From Sminthopsis crassicaudata (taxonomy: Eukaryota), in NCBI RefSeq assembly GCF_048593235.1, contig NC_133619.1, positions 268,598,454 to 268,662,453 of the forward strand: 64,000 nt of DNA, written 5' to 3'. The notes under the pieces are model-generated. The model did not search any database, was not told where the DNA came from, and saw only the letters and a program-made list of their open reading frames with translations. Shown here piece after piece: positions 36,421-48,650 of this stretch (the stretch's first letter is position 1; every line of letters begins with the position of its first letter). The position numbers were made by a program, and so were the translations under genes.

Positions 36421-37965
36421 CTTAAAAAAAGAAAGAACAGACACCTGGAAACTATGGAAATGGGATGACATTACAAACATGCTGCCTGCTGGTATCAGAT
36501 CTATTAGCCCTAAAGTCTTTGAGCACTTCCCTGTTCTAGCAAGGGATAGATAGGTGGATGGTGCAGACCTGTAAAAAATAGAAGTTCTCAAGTCAGACTG
36601 ATGCACTATAGAACTGAGGACCCCATAGGTAGTGAACTAAGTCATCTTTTGACCATGGTAATGGCAGTGACCACAGAGGAGAAGCCCCTATACCCAGGGA
36701 GGTAGTGTAGTATAATAGAAAAGAACTGGGTTCAAATACTATCTCTGAAATGTTTTGCATAACTTCATAAGTGCTTTCTTAATTGTGGGTAGGGTTAAGG
36801 GAAAGAATCTAGAGCTCAAAAAATTTTAAAAGAAATGTTAAAAATTTTTTTTTGTTTCAAATGTAATTGGGGGGAAAATCTTAAATAAATAAATGAATAA
36901 AACACATCTCTGGCACTTAATTGAGCCTTAATTTGCTCATCTCTAAAATGAGAAAGTTGGACTCAATTGCTCCTTAAGTTTCTTCCAATTCTAGATTTAT
37001 GATCCTATAGTATTTACAGTGGTGACTGTGATATTTTCCTGCTTGTCCACATTGAGGAGAGAAGGAAGGTCTATAAAATTATCTGCATTTCTGGATTGGT
37101 TCTCTCTTTTTCCTTCAAATGCCAACCTGGGAGGTTTTTTCCATCTTTGGAAAGTCATATCAAAGAAGGAATAGAATTGTATCATTTGTGATATTGGACT
37201 TATTGCTTTAAATTTTACTATTTTTTAAATCTAATCCAAGTATAGTATTTGTTCATCTACGACTTTGAGTAAAGATTAGTGACTGAAAGAAAATGCTGCA
37301 CCTGAGATGTAAAGGGGCCATGCTATGACTGACATAAACAAACTAGCTAAAGGTCCTAATGGCAGAAGTTAAAGAGTGAGATCCTGGGTGATTGACAGCT
37401 CATTGCCCCAGGGACCTGACTATTGACAAGACTTCCACCACAACCCTGTTTCTTGTGGACTCTACAGAGAAATTCTCCATGAGGATATAGTGAAAGCAAG
37501 TGAGCCAGAATAAGAGTCCTAAAGAGGAAGAAGGTAGCTTTCCTTTTGTAAAACTTGTAGATATTCTGGCAAGAGGAAATCTCAATTCATTAGCTGCAAA
37601 CAATTTAAAATTAAATAAGAGATGGAGATTTAATGAAGATAATTCTGGTGTTTCCCAGCTGCTCTCCTCATTTTTCCTTAAGGGAAAGACTTATTTCATT
37701 CTTTGTACTTCTATCCCCAGCACCTGGCTCAACATCTAGCTCATAATACATGTTTAACAAAGTTCATTGATTGATTTCCTTTCCATCAAAAAGAACCTTT
37801 TTGGTGGTGGTGGAGAATGAGGTGAGGGAAGAATTTGTTATATTGTCAATGACAACCCAAGAAATTCTGTTGAAGAGAAGACCCAATAGGAGATTCTGAC
37901 TTTGTTTATCGTAGTGATAGATAAATGGGAAAGGTGGTCTGGCTTTGGTTAATCAGTGTCATCCT

Positions 37966-38206
37966 AGGGCATCTAAGTAGTATAGTAGATAAAGTACCGG
38001 GCTTAAAGTCAAGAAAACTCATCTTCATGAGTACAAATCCAGATTCAGACACTTACTAGTTATGCATTCCTGAGCAAATCACTTAACCCTGTGTGCCTCA
38101 GTCTCCTCATCTGTAAAATGATCTGGAGAAAGAAATGGCAGACCACTCCAGTATCTTTGCCAAGAAAACACCCAATGGGTCACAAAGTCAGAAATAATTG
38201 AACAAG
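37966..38206 (+). mobile_element. Mar1 SINE, near full length
   Basis: Head, core and tail ctggagaaagaaatggcagaccactccagtatctttgccaagaaaac. Confidence 0.85.
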
Positions 38207-38414
38207 TCTCCTAAGGAGAGCTCTCATGCAAGTTTTCCTGCAGGGCTGTAGATATACTTGGCTGAGTCAACTTTATCTTTGACCACCTTCTTCAGCCATT
38301 GGCTAAACAGCATGACTTCCTTCAGAGCATCATCGGTGAGACAAGAGGACCAGCTTGTTTTCTCCTCTGAAAAGATTTAGATACCCAGGACTTAGCACAG
38401 TGCCTGATACATGT

Positions 38415-38570
38415 TGTTCAATCATCCAATTGTGTCCAATCCCATGACCCCATTTTTTTCAAATAACAGAGTGGTTTACCATTCAGCTCATTTTACAGTT
38501 AAGGAAACTGAGGCAAACAGGATAAGTACTACATAAGTAGGAAGTGTTTGACACATAGTAGATACTTAAT
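38415..38570 (-). mobile_element. Mar1/MIR fragment adjoining L2 3' ends
   Basis: ctcattttacagttaaggaaactgaggcaaacagg; L2 end cttagcacagtgcctg at ~38391. Confidence 0.7.
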
Positions 38571-39688
38571 AAATGTTTGCTGACTGACTGACCCTCTCTA
38601 ATGCAGAGATGTGCAGAGAATTGTGAACTTCCATTCAGCTCTTCACAGTCAGATAGAAGCAACAGAAGCATGTATATATCTCTCTTAGTAGAAAAAGGCC
38701 CTGCTCATCTCTATCCTTTCTCCCCTGTAAAAAAAATCCCTGAAGAAAGAAAAGTGAAAGTAGTGAAAAGAAGATGCAGGGAAAGCAAATGGTATCAAAC
38801 ATTTACCTTATGGACACTGCAATAAATTCCCCCTTTTCCCTGTCTTCCTAGTAATGGAAAGTTCAATTATATAATTTTTGTAGCATACAACAAATGCTAT
38901 TCTCAATAATTGTCCTTAACTAATTGAAACATGTAGGCAAACTATTGTATCTATCTGACATTGATTTTCCTTAGATATGAAGTAAGGGTGGCCTCTAACA
39001 TCTCTTCCAGCTTTGACATTTTGTGATTCTATAATCTTGAAGTCTGACAAAGTCTCAAAAATCTTCTAAGTCAGCAAAGATTCAACTCAGTTCACTTCAA
39101 TAGATGTCAAATCAACCTCTTCTGTGGAAAGAGCAGTTCTTTCTAGCACTAGCATAGTGCTAGCCCCTGATGGAGTTTTAGTGCTGTATTTTATGGCACT
39201 GAAATTCTTTGAAAGTTGATAATCCATACATAGCTTAAAACTCAAATGCATTTATCTGCAGAGAAGATTTTTTTAAAGAAATTAAGCTTCTTTAGATATT
39301 AAGGTTCAACCCTATTGGTTCCTAAAATCTCATAGCATGGAAACTAGGTCACCATTCCTTTTTCTAAGCAAAGAATAGCTAAAGTTCCAGATTCTACTCT
39401 CACATTCTCCATCCCCTTGACAGGCCCTTTCTCAATCCCTCTTCTTAGTAGATGTCAGGATATAGGAAGAAGCTGAAATAAGCAACCCTTTAGTGGAGGA
39501 ATAAATTAGTCTTCCTCCTTTTACTGAAGTATGAAGTAGGCTTAGTTATACAACTTGATGCTTTTTTTTTTTCAGCCTAATTTTTTTCCCCCTTCTCTAA
39601 ATAATGTATTGGAATCCCTTTGTTTTGGACCAGACTTGACCCAGGCCAATCTAGTGAATCAGGCTTGGGATTGAAATAAAATGAGATG

Positions 39689-40582
39689 CTCAGATTGGCT
39701 AGGATGACAGGAAAAGATAATGCAAATGTTGGAGAAGATGTGAGAAAACTGGGATACTGATACATTGTTGGTGAAATTGTGAATAATCTAGCAATTCTGG
39801 AGAGTGATTTGAAACTATGCTCAAAAAGTTATCAAACTGTGCATACCCTTTGATCCAGCAGTGTTACTACTGGGTTTGTATCCCAAAGAGATCTTAAAGA
39901 AGGGAAAGGGACCTGTATGTGCAAGAATGTTTATGGCATCCCTCTTTGTGGTAGCCAAGAACTAGAAACTAAGTGGATGCCCATCAACTGGAGAGTGGAG
40001 GAATAAATTGTGGTATATGAATGTTATGGAATATTATTGTTCTGTAAGAAATGATCAGCAGGATGATTTCACAAAGGCCTGGAGAGACTTAATGAACTGA
40101 TGCTTAGTGAAATGAGCAGGACCAGGAGATCATTATATACTATATGATGATCAATTCTGATGGACATGGCTTTCTTCAACAATGAAATGAACCAAATCAG
40201 TTCCATTTATTCAGTAATTAATAGAACCAGATACACCCAACAGAAGAACTCTGAGAAATGAGTGTGAACCACTACACAGCATTCCCAATCCCTCTATTTT
40301 TGTCCACTTGCATTCTTTATTTCCTTCATAGGTTAATTGTACACTTATTTTTCTTGTGCAGCAAAATAAATGTATGGATATGTATACATATATTGTATTT
40401 AACATTTACTATAACATATTTAACATGTACTGGTCTACCTGCCATCTGGGGGAGGGGGGGAGGAGGGGGAAAATTGGAACAGAAGGTTTTTCAAGGATCA
40501 ATGCTGAAAAATTACCCATGCATATATCTTGTAAATAAAAAGCTATAATAAAAATATATCAATTCTTTTCCAAAAAAAAAAA
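39689..40582 (+). mobile_element. 5'-truncated L1 with A tail
   Basis: ORF2 tail homologous to 23073-23560 but with indels; 3'UTR; aataaaaa, a 17-nt spacer and A11; flanked by GAAA(T/C)AAAATGAGATG at 39673-39688 and 40583-40598. Confidence 0.9.
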
Positions 40583-40598
40583 GAAACAAAATGAGATG

Positions 40599-40901
40599 AT
40601 ATAGTTAATTCATTCATAAACTCAGAATGATTTTTTTCTTATTGCCACTTATTATAGTAGATAATTGGGTGCTCATAAGAATATTGATATTGGGGCTAGA
40701 ATGTCTTGATTGTTTGTACCTCTTTTGCAAGTCCTTACATTATTATGAATTGATGAAGAACAGCTTCCTATATTGAATAGGAATCTGTAGTATTTTTACT
40801 ATCATGATTGGCTGGACCTGCTGCTGTTCCTAGCAAAATATTCCTAACTCCATTTTATTAATAAAGCTTGATTTTTAACAAACAAACAAACAAAAAAGAA
40901 A
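40599..40901 (+). pseudogene. Probable retrocopy of an mRNA 3' end (no coding sequence)
   Basis: Non-repeat-looking AU-rich sequence; AATAAA at 40860-40865; A-rich tail at 40877-40901; then a third target-site copy GAAATGAAATGAGATG at 40902-40917. Source gene not recognised. Confidence 0.6.
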
Positions 40902-41759
40902 GAAATGAAATGAGATGCTTGTAGATCATACATCACTTAGTAAAAAAAGTTAATTTAACAGTGTGGAAAGTACTTTCAGCAAGGGTGCAGCCTTATTTCA
41001 GGGAGATTGTGCCTTTGCCAATTGTTCTTATCTTCTTACGTAAACATATCTGCTCAGAAAAGTGTGTTGGATCAAAAGGATGTATTGATTTTCGTGGAGG
41101 GAACCATTCAGGAAGCCTGAGGAACTTCTTCCTCATTGGCTTGCCCTTTTTTATGTTCCCACAAGACCAAACAAATTTCTGAGATCATTTCCTTGACTGA
41201 TAAAGAAAAAATGATTTTTGTTCCTACCAGACTAAGCAATTGGTGAGAAAGCTCTATAGCAATGCTTTCCAGAGTTGGGCTCAAGCCTTCTTGGGGATGC
41301 CAAGGAGTTTGTCAGAAGAGGATGGCAAGATGACTAGATCCTATTGTCTCTGCGATAGCCAATCATAGGGCTTGCCTCCAACACAACTATATGAATTCTT
41401 ATTTCCCCAAATTCTTATACTGGGCTGCCTGCCTCCTTCTATGCAAGGGTTTGGTGAGCGTATGTGTGTATGTATGTATGTATGTATGTATATAGGAGTT
41501 TAGGTAGATACCTAAACATAATTCTACCTAGAATCAGGCATTCACAGTTACAGAAATAATTTGGAAAATCTAATTCTCCCTTTATTCCCTGCCCCCCATC
41601 TTGCAACTGTACCTGCAGAAGGTGAGCTCATAGGGCAAGGACCAGCCCATGAGATTGAAACCCGTATTCTTTTTGTTTTGAGGAAACTTGAGGGAAGAAC
41701 CACACAGGATTAGCAGGCATAGGTTAGGTGCAACTGATCTCAGAACTCATCTCATTTTT

Positions 41760-42200
41760 GCCCCTCTCCATCTAATTTTATCTATTAGAACAAAGGACAT
41801 CAGCATCCTTCTAGTCATTCAAGTTTATAATCCCTGTTATTTTTCATGCTATACATTCCCTCATTCTACAAATCTTAGCATTTTTATGTCCATTACACAT
41901 CTTTCCTCTTCTCTATACTCACACAATTACCACCCTAGTTCAAGGATATCTATCACCTCTTATCTTGATTCTGACAAAAGCTTCTCCAGTAACAACACCT
42001 AGAATTTATATAGTGATTTAAAGTTTGAAAAGCATTTTAATCTTCATGAGAATCCTGTGGTATAGACACTATCAATTCCATTTGACTGATGAAGAAATAA
42101 GCTCAGAAAAATTAAATGATTTGTCCAGGGTCACACATTTAGTTCTGAAAGAGGATTTGAACTCAAGTTTTTCTAAATCTCTGATCCTATCACTTTTCCT
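41760..42200. mobile_element. L2 fragment (plus, 41760-41990) and MIR (minus, 42000-42200)
   Basis: L2-like accaccctagttcaagg...atcacctc; MIR core ccatttgactgatgaagaaataagctcagaaaaattaaatgatttgtccagggtcacac. Confidence 0.65.
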
Positions 42201-42397
42201 ACTTTATAATTCCAATAACTCCAATGGATTTAGGATAGATTACTATTTCAACTTTATCTCATTTTAAATTTTTTCTTTTTTTTTTAGTGTAAGCTTTATA
42301 ATATATACAATTACAGTACAGTAAGATCTGTCTATCTTTCTATCTATCTATCTATTCATCCATCCATCCATCTATCTCTATATCCATATATACACTA

Positions 42398-42503
42398 GGG
42401 ACAGCTAGGTAGTTCAGTAGTTAGAACAGCAATTAGAACAGATCTGTGTTCAAATTTGACCTCAGCTCCTTATTATGTGATTCTGAGCAAGCCACTCAAA
42501 AAA
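42398..42503 (+). mobile_element. Short tRNA-derived SINE
   Basis: gggacagctaggtagttcagtag...gttcaaatttgacctcag followed by an A run. Confidence 0.65.
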
Positions 42504-43022
42504 AATATACATATATAGGTTTGCATCTATACACATACATACCCTTTATTAGAATGTAGCCCTGCAGCAGAGTAACCATGCAATTTCAGATGCTTTCCCA
42601 GGATTTAAATGGCCCCTGAGTTCATGAACTGCATGGGATTGTTTAAGAGTTTTGGGACAGATTGTCAGAAAGAGGAGGAAACAGGTGGAGTTTGTGGGAA
42701 TATTCTCCATGTTGGAAAACGTAGGGAGATGTCAATATATGATGATTAAATATTGTAGCTGGAGAGTGAGGAATGTGGGACTATATTGCCTCACACTGAA
42801 CAGACATGGTTCGATGAAACTTCCCTTTCCATGATATTTTCCCTTTCCTTTTAGCTCTGAGCTGCATTGATTGTCACAGTCATCCCCTTTCTAGTGTATA
42901 ATCAAGAATGGTCACAAGGTTAGCACTGGCTATAATATTTCCAAAGAACTATGTTATATAATATCTCTGCTCCCCTTTAGTAATTGGTGTTGATATTAGA
43001 GATAATACTAGAGAGAGCAAAA

Positions 43023-43326
43023 TAATTATCCTTTCTACATGGCTGAGGTTAGGGATATGGTACCCCCTCTGTCCCATTTTCACTTCTACCTTCTGGAAAA
43101 TCTGCATAAAACAAATCTGAATTTCTTCTTTTTCTTTTATGAAGCATTTACAATACCTTATAAAATTTGGGTTAAGTATTTGTTCACAGACTCTGGGTTT
43201 TCTGCTAGTCTTCATGTGTTGTCTATGGTTTTTGAAAAACTCCCCCCAAATTCTCATTAGTTTCTTATGCTGATCTGTGATATATTGAAACTCCAATGGG
43301 GAAAGGGATATGGAAGGGATAACTCT
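43023..43326. mobile_element. Tigger-like non-autonomous DNA transposon, inverted relative to the 28119 copy
   Basis: Ends aattatcctttctac and ggaagggataact; ctggaaaatctgcata matches the reverse complement of ~28421-28436. Confidence 0.65.
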
Positions 43327-43449
43327 CATGGTCTACAAGAGGAGAAATGGCTTACAGATAGATGTGGTAGAACAGTTACAGTCACTTAAAGGATTATGAT
43401 CTATTGGCATTGGAAAAAAATTGTAGTCTATTATCAGAGGTATTCTGGG

Positions 43450-43720
43450 AAGCAGATCAAAAAAATTAAAAATCAGAAAGAAAAAACAAGCAAGCAAACA
43501 ACAAAAAAAGGTGAAAATACTGTGTTGTGAACCACATTCAGTCCTCATAGTTTTCTTTCTGGATGCAGATGGCTCTCTCCATCACAAGACTACTGAAATT
43601 GTCCTGAATCATCTCATTGTTGAAAAGAGCCAAGTCCATCAGAGTTGATCATTACATAATTTTGTTGTTGCTGTGTACAATTCTACCCATTACTTGGTTC
43701 TACTCACTTTACTTAGCATC
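43450..43720 (-). mobile_element. L1 3'UTR/ORF2-end fragment
   Basis: Homologous to 30310-30570; tail missing. Confidence 0.8.
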
Positions 43721-44059
43721 ATCAATTCAGGCAAGTCAGAAATTGACTTTTTATAAGGCCAGGGCCTGAATTGAGGAAATAAAGAGGAAAGCTTGAATCC
43801 CAAATTGATAATTGAGTATTAATATAATAGTAAAACAATAATTTTTCTTATCACATACATATTGAAACTTCTTCAAAAAAGTTTAAGTTCTCAATTCTTT
43901 AATGTACTCATTATAAGCAAGACAATTCCTGCCCTTAAGAAATTTACTTTCTGATGGAGAACACAACACATAGCAAGACATAAATAGGATACAGTAAAGT
44001 TCAGGGGCATAATTAAATAATGTGGACATGTAGGACCCAGAAAGATCAGCTATACATGG

Positions 44060-44680
44060 CATGGTCCTCAACAAGGGTTTTACCTTCATGTTTGTGAACT
44101 CTGATATTCTTTATCTGATCATAATCTTTTGTCATTTCACTTTTCCTTTTTCCTTGCAATCCCAAACCTAGCTCTTCATCCATAATGTGATTCCCAGCTT
44201 TTTTTCCCCTTCGTTTATCTCCCAAGCCATCAATCTTGCACTGGATATACTCTCCTTCCTTCCCCATCTTAATATCTTTGTGAGTCAGAACAGCTCTATA
44301 TTGTTCTCTTCTCTCTAGTTCCTTGCCCTCTCATCCTACTGCAAATTTTCCCTGGTCAAGTTCCCAAGTCAAGTTATGACTCCCATCTGCTACCTTTAAT
44401 CAACTTTCTGTTAAATGAATCTAGAGAAAATCATTAAAATTGGGTCTATAGTGGACTAAAAATTAGATCCCTTAAAGACATGTTATAGAATTTCAAATGG
44501 ACTCTGATTTCATCAATTCTTTTATACTGTTCTAATTGATTTACTATTCCACACTATCCAGTAGCTTTCACCCCTACTCAAAAATTCCTGTAGCTTTCTA
44601 GGGGAAACTTCCTCCACCTGTTCACCCTCTGCATTGTCCTTCTTCAGAGGGAATTTTTTTTCAAGCTTCTCTGTTTAACA
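44060..44680 (-). mobile_element. Possible ancient CR1/L2-type APE endonuclease relic
   Basis: One stop-riddled minus frame gives TGGGSF...KSESI*...FLVHYRPN, resembling CR1 endonuclease GGGVAL...ESLW...VYYRPP. Confidence 0.35.
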
Positions 44681-44687
44681 AAAACAC

Positions 44688-44924
44688 TGTTAAAATATTC
44701 AGGGGCATGAGGAGACTACAGGAAATAATGTGGCTATATAGGCCCCAGAAAGATCAGCAAAAACTCATTTATTGGTTTCTGAGAATTCAGGGGGAAAAGG
44801 GTAAGGAATGGGGATGAATGACAGAGAAGGCAATGTGGTGAGGAAATGATAATGTGTGTGGAGACCTGGACCCTAAAAAGATGAATCAAAAAAATCACAC
44901 CTCTCAGGACTGAGACCCAGGTCA
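44688..44924 (-). mobile_element. LTR 3' fragment
   Basis: Minus strand has AATAAA (plus tttatt at ~44768) and ends in ...ttaaca; no TSD found. Confidence 0.5.
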
Positions 44925-44929
44925 GTAAA

Positions 44930-45246
44930 AGTTTTCTGGATTTTCTTTAAAACATTTCAGTTTGTTTCCTTCCCAAGACAGCAAACAATCTGATAGGTTA
45001 TACATGTGCAATCATTTTAAACTTATTTCAATATTAGTCATGGTGTAAAAGAAAAATGGAAAACCTACGAGAAAGAAAAAGCAACTCTCTTCCTTTCTCT
45101 CCCCCAAAAGGTAAAAATAGTATGCCTTGATCCACATTCAATTTCCATAGTTCTCTCTCTGTATGAGGATTTTCCATTGCAATTCAATTAGAATTGTCTT
45201 GGATCACTCTATCACTGAGAAGTCTATCATAGTTGATCATTGCACA
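44930..45246 (-). mobile_element. L1 3'UTR fragment
   Basis: aaaatagtatgccttgatccacattc...gttgatcattgcacaa; same family as the other 3'UTR copies but more diverged. Confidence 0.7.
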
Positions 45247-45359
45247 AGTAAGATTGTGCCTGTAATCTTCAGTTCTCTGAAACCTTCTCCTTGGTCATAC
45301 TGCTTCCTATTCATTCATTCATTCATTCATCATTCAACAAATATTTATTAAGCAAGCTA

Positions 45360-45590
45360 TTAAGTGATGTAATAGAATGCTGGACTTGAAGTTAGGAAGA
45401 TTCATCTCCATGAGTTCAAATCTGAGCTTAGACCCTTACTAGTTGTGTGATCCTGGACAATCACTCAACTCTGTTTGCTTCAGTTTCCTCATTTGCAAAA
45501 TGATCTGGAGAAACTATTCCAGTATTTGCCAAGAAAAACCCAAATGAGATTATAAAGAGTTGGAAAGGACTGAAAACAACTAAACAGCAA
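45360..45590 (+). mobile_element. Mar1 SINE preceded by an L2 3' end with (TTCA)n
   Basis: gaagttaggaagattcatctccatgagttcaaatc...ccagtatttgccaagaaaaaccc. Confidence 0.8.
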
Positions 45591-46802
45591 TGAATAAGAT
45601 ATTGTGCTGAATAACTGTTCCATTTTTTGTAGTGACTGACCCACCCTGGCTTTTGATGTAAAATCTGATCAATGTATGAGAACCAAGCGTTCTGAGGCTC
45701 GTATTTCCCCCCTCCCCCAACACACTTACTCTTTTTTGAGGAGGGAATGAGAAGAGATCTTGGAATTCTGTAAGAGTGAGAAAGGGCTCACTCTGTCCAG
45801 TATGCTGTACTCCCTCCATCAGAAAATGGTTAGGGTCCATTTATGGAAAATTGTGTCCATTGTGTGGAAAATTCATAGCATTTTTTCTCAGTGGGGCAGG
45901 ACTAGGGGGGTAGTTTTGGGAAAAAAACTGCCAATTTACCACTAGCTATTGTATAATTAAGTCATTTGGGAGCATGACAAAACATGCAAGGAAAGAGGAA
46001 GGCACATTAGCTATGGTTGCATCAAATAGCAGCACAGGTTCAAATTGGTGTTTCAGGCAAATACAGTTTATACTGTCACATTCCCAATTCCCACAGAGAA
46101 GGCTTATTAGAGACAGAAGTTGCCTAGATGCTTCGCCTTTACCACTGGGGTTTGATGATACTACATGCTCACAACAGAGAAACCAATCTAGGCTTGAAAC
46201 TGATGAGCCCAGTCAAATCCAGATGGTTCTTTGATTTTTACTGATTTTCCTAGCCAAATCAAAGCAGGGCAAATTACTGAACAATTGTCATGGGCAAGGC
46301 ACAGTGGTAGGTATTATGGGAGATACAAGGATCTATAAGCCACAGTCTCTCCTCTCCAGGAGTGTGTATGTGTAATGGACCTTGGATGCAAGCCCAGATC
46401 ACCTACTGATGGAAGTAGCCATGTGGAAGATGCCAGGGACCTGATTCTGGAAGGAGACTGACATTCAATGCTCCCTTCTCATATGGATTGGTGTAGCTCC
46501 TTTTAATGGTTGTGTAGCAGGAATTGCTTGTGTCTTAACAAAAACTTTCACATTTAATAGTCTTCCTTTTTCTTTCTAGTAGTGTTCAAGGAGGAAAGTC
46601 TTGACCATGAATTAAACTGGGTAGGGGAAGTTCCCTTTAAGGCCTGTGGCCCATAGAAATGGACTTTGGGGATTGGTCTTTTTTTGGAATTCTTTTTCAC
46701 TTCTGGGTGTAGGAGTGGAATTCACAACCTAGGCCATGGAGACCTTGGAGCCAGATTCCAGGCTGGATTTTACAGAAGGAAAACTTTAAGAAGTCAGAGT
46801 CT

Positions 46803-47241
46803 TGAGACACAAAGCCAGGAGAGCTCTGGACTTGGAACTTAGTATAACCAAATTAACTAATCAGAGACATCTTCAGGTACAAAGAGAAAGCATTTATTTA
46901 ATCACTTCAAGGAGAGGCCCAGACACACCTGGGAGCCATCCCAACTCCCATCACGTGCTCCTGGAACCTGGCCAGCTTCTGCCTTGTCCAGGACTTAAAA
47001 GCAAAAGACGTGAGCCTTCTCATTGGAAGAGACTAAAAGGATGGAATCTTCCTTGATCAATAGTCATCAATGTTGGCTGCCTCCCACAGGTCATGTCACT
47101 TCCTGCAACTTCACTAACTTTCTGTATCCCAGGGTTCAAAGTTCATCCCTTCAGAGATCATATGATGCCCCCTCCCCCAGGGTCCCAGCTCTGGGAACAG
47201 GGATCATGTGACTCAATTCTGAGAAATATTTCATCCAATCA
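46803..47241 (-). mobile_element. Solo LTR (~440 bp)
   Basis: TG...CA ends; imperfect 4-bp TSD gtct/gtcc; AATAAA on minus (plus 46893-46898). Confidence 0.65.
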
Positions 47242-47664
47242 GTCCCATTCATACCAAACTGTGATATTATTGGTTTAGGGAGCTACTAATATAGGGATTC
47301 TTTCAGTCAACACAGATCAATGCCTTTCCTATAATTTTCTATCTTAGACAGTTGCTAGGGATACTGAAAATTTTGTGAATTGTTCTTGGTTATATAGCTC
47401 CTAGGAGAGGGAGATCTTTTGCTTGGGATGGATGAGGTGATAACCACTGACCACAGAGAGGAGGTTGACCTGCTCAGCTCTTATTTTTTTTCTATTTTGT
47501 CTCCAAAAAGAGAATGACCAGAAATAACAGAGCAAAAATGACTCATGGAACTGATACACAACCTAAGATGAGGAAGGGGAGAATTAGTTGTAACACCGTA
47601 AGTAAAGAGTGAGAGATAGTTGATAATATGATAAGTAGATAATAAGAGATAGTTGACCTTGATG

Positions 47665-48650
47665 AATGAAAGTCATCTGATCCAGATCAAATATATCCTT
47701 TAGTTCAAAGAGATGTATTTGCTGAACATCTGCCAGTAATTGGAAAGTTCAGGAGAAGTATCACAATTTTGAAAAACAAGAAGGTATCACAATATTGGAA
47801 CAAATGTTGTGATTTTTTTTTTTTAAAGTGTAGAATCTATGAATTACAGGTGAGTGATCTTTGCTTTCTGGGAAAATTCTAAAATGAATTTTCTACCTGA
47901 TGATCAGGAACCATCTAGTAGGGGAAATCTTCTTCCAGGGTCATGTCTATTTATCCTGATCTATGTCTTGCTATTGAATCTAGATGATTGTAAAGGAGAA
48001 AGTGAACTTGAACAACCTTCTCTTGCTTAAAGACAATTCATTTTGAATGTCAAAGCATCACCTTCTCAAGATCAAAGAACAAAGGACAAACAACAATAAT
48101 AGCTTCGGGGAAAGTCATGATTACTTTAGGAGCACATCATGGCCAATTAACTTCTTATTCTTCCCCTGCTTTTTTGGGCAGGGTTCTTAAACTAGAAGGC
48201 AGCCGGAATGCTGTAACCTGATTTTAGTACAACTTTGGATAAAGCACCTTATACTGTTTTCACAGAAGGGCAGCAAGTTGGCACATTGGATAGATGCTGG
48301 CCCTGGAGTCAGGAGGAGTGAAATTCATGTGATCCTGGGTAAATCACTTAAGGAAATGGCAGACCATTTCAGTATCTTTGCCAAGAAAATCTCAAATGGG
48401 GTCACAGGGAGTCTGAAATGACTCAACAATAACAACAATTTTCATGGAGAACATGGAGAGCTATGGATTGTTATTGTTAAGATTGAGAGTGTCCAGAAGA
48501 AGCCAATGAGAATAGTGAAAGGCTTGAGTTTATTACATGAAAGACTATTGAAAGAACTAGGGAAGAAGGTTTAAGTAGGGATGATCACAATTATCTTTAA
48601 GTATTTGAAAAATTATCACTTGGAGGAGAGATTAGACTTGTTCTGTTTGT
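47665..48650 (+). mobile_element. CR1/L3 fragments (47665-47900, 48470-48650) interleaved with an RTE-associated repeat (47945-48097) and Mar1 (48266-48437)
   Basis: tcatctgatccagat...ctgggaaaattcta resembles the CR1 RT N-terminus (PGPD...IPGKIL); CR1 3' gagagtgtccagaagaag. Confidence 0.7.

Noticed and set aside
38244-38335. Plus-strand exon with strong AG and GTGAGA sites as a coding exon
   Set aside because: Stops in all three frames; at most non-coding. Noted under the 38224-38366 finding.
41237-41375. Acceptor followed by a 45-codon frame TKQLVRKLYSNAFQSW...
   Set aside because: No homology recognised and no supporting structure; indistinguishable from chance.
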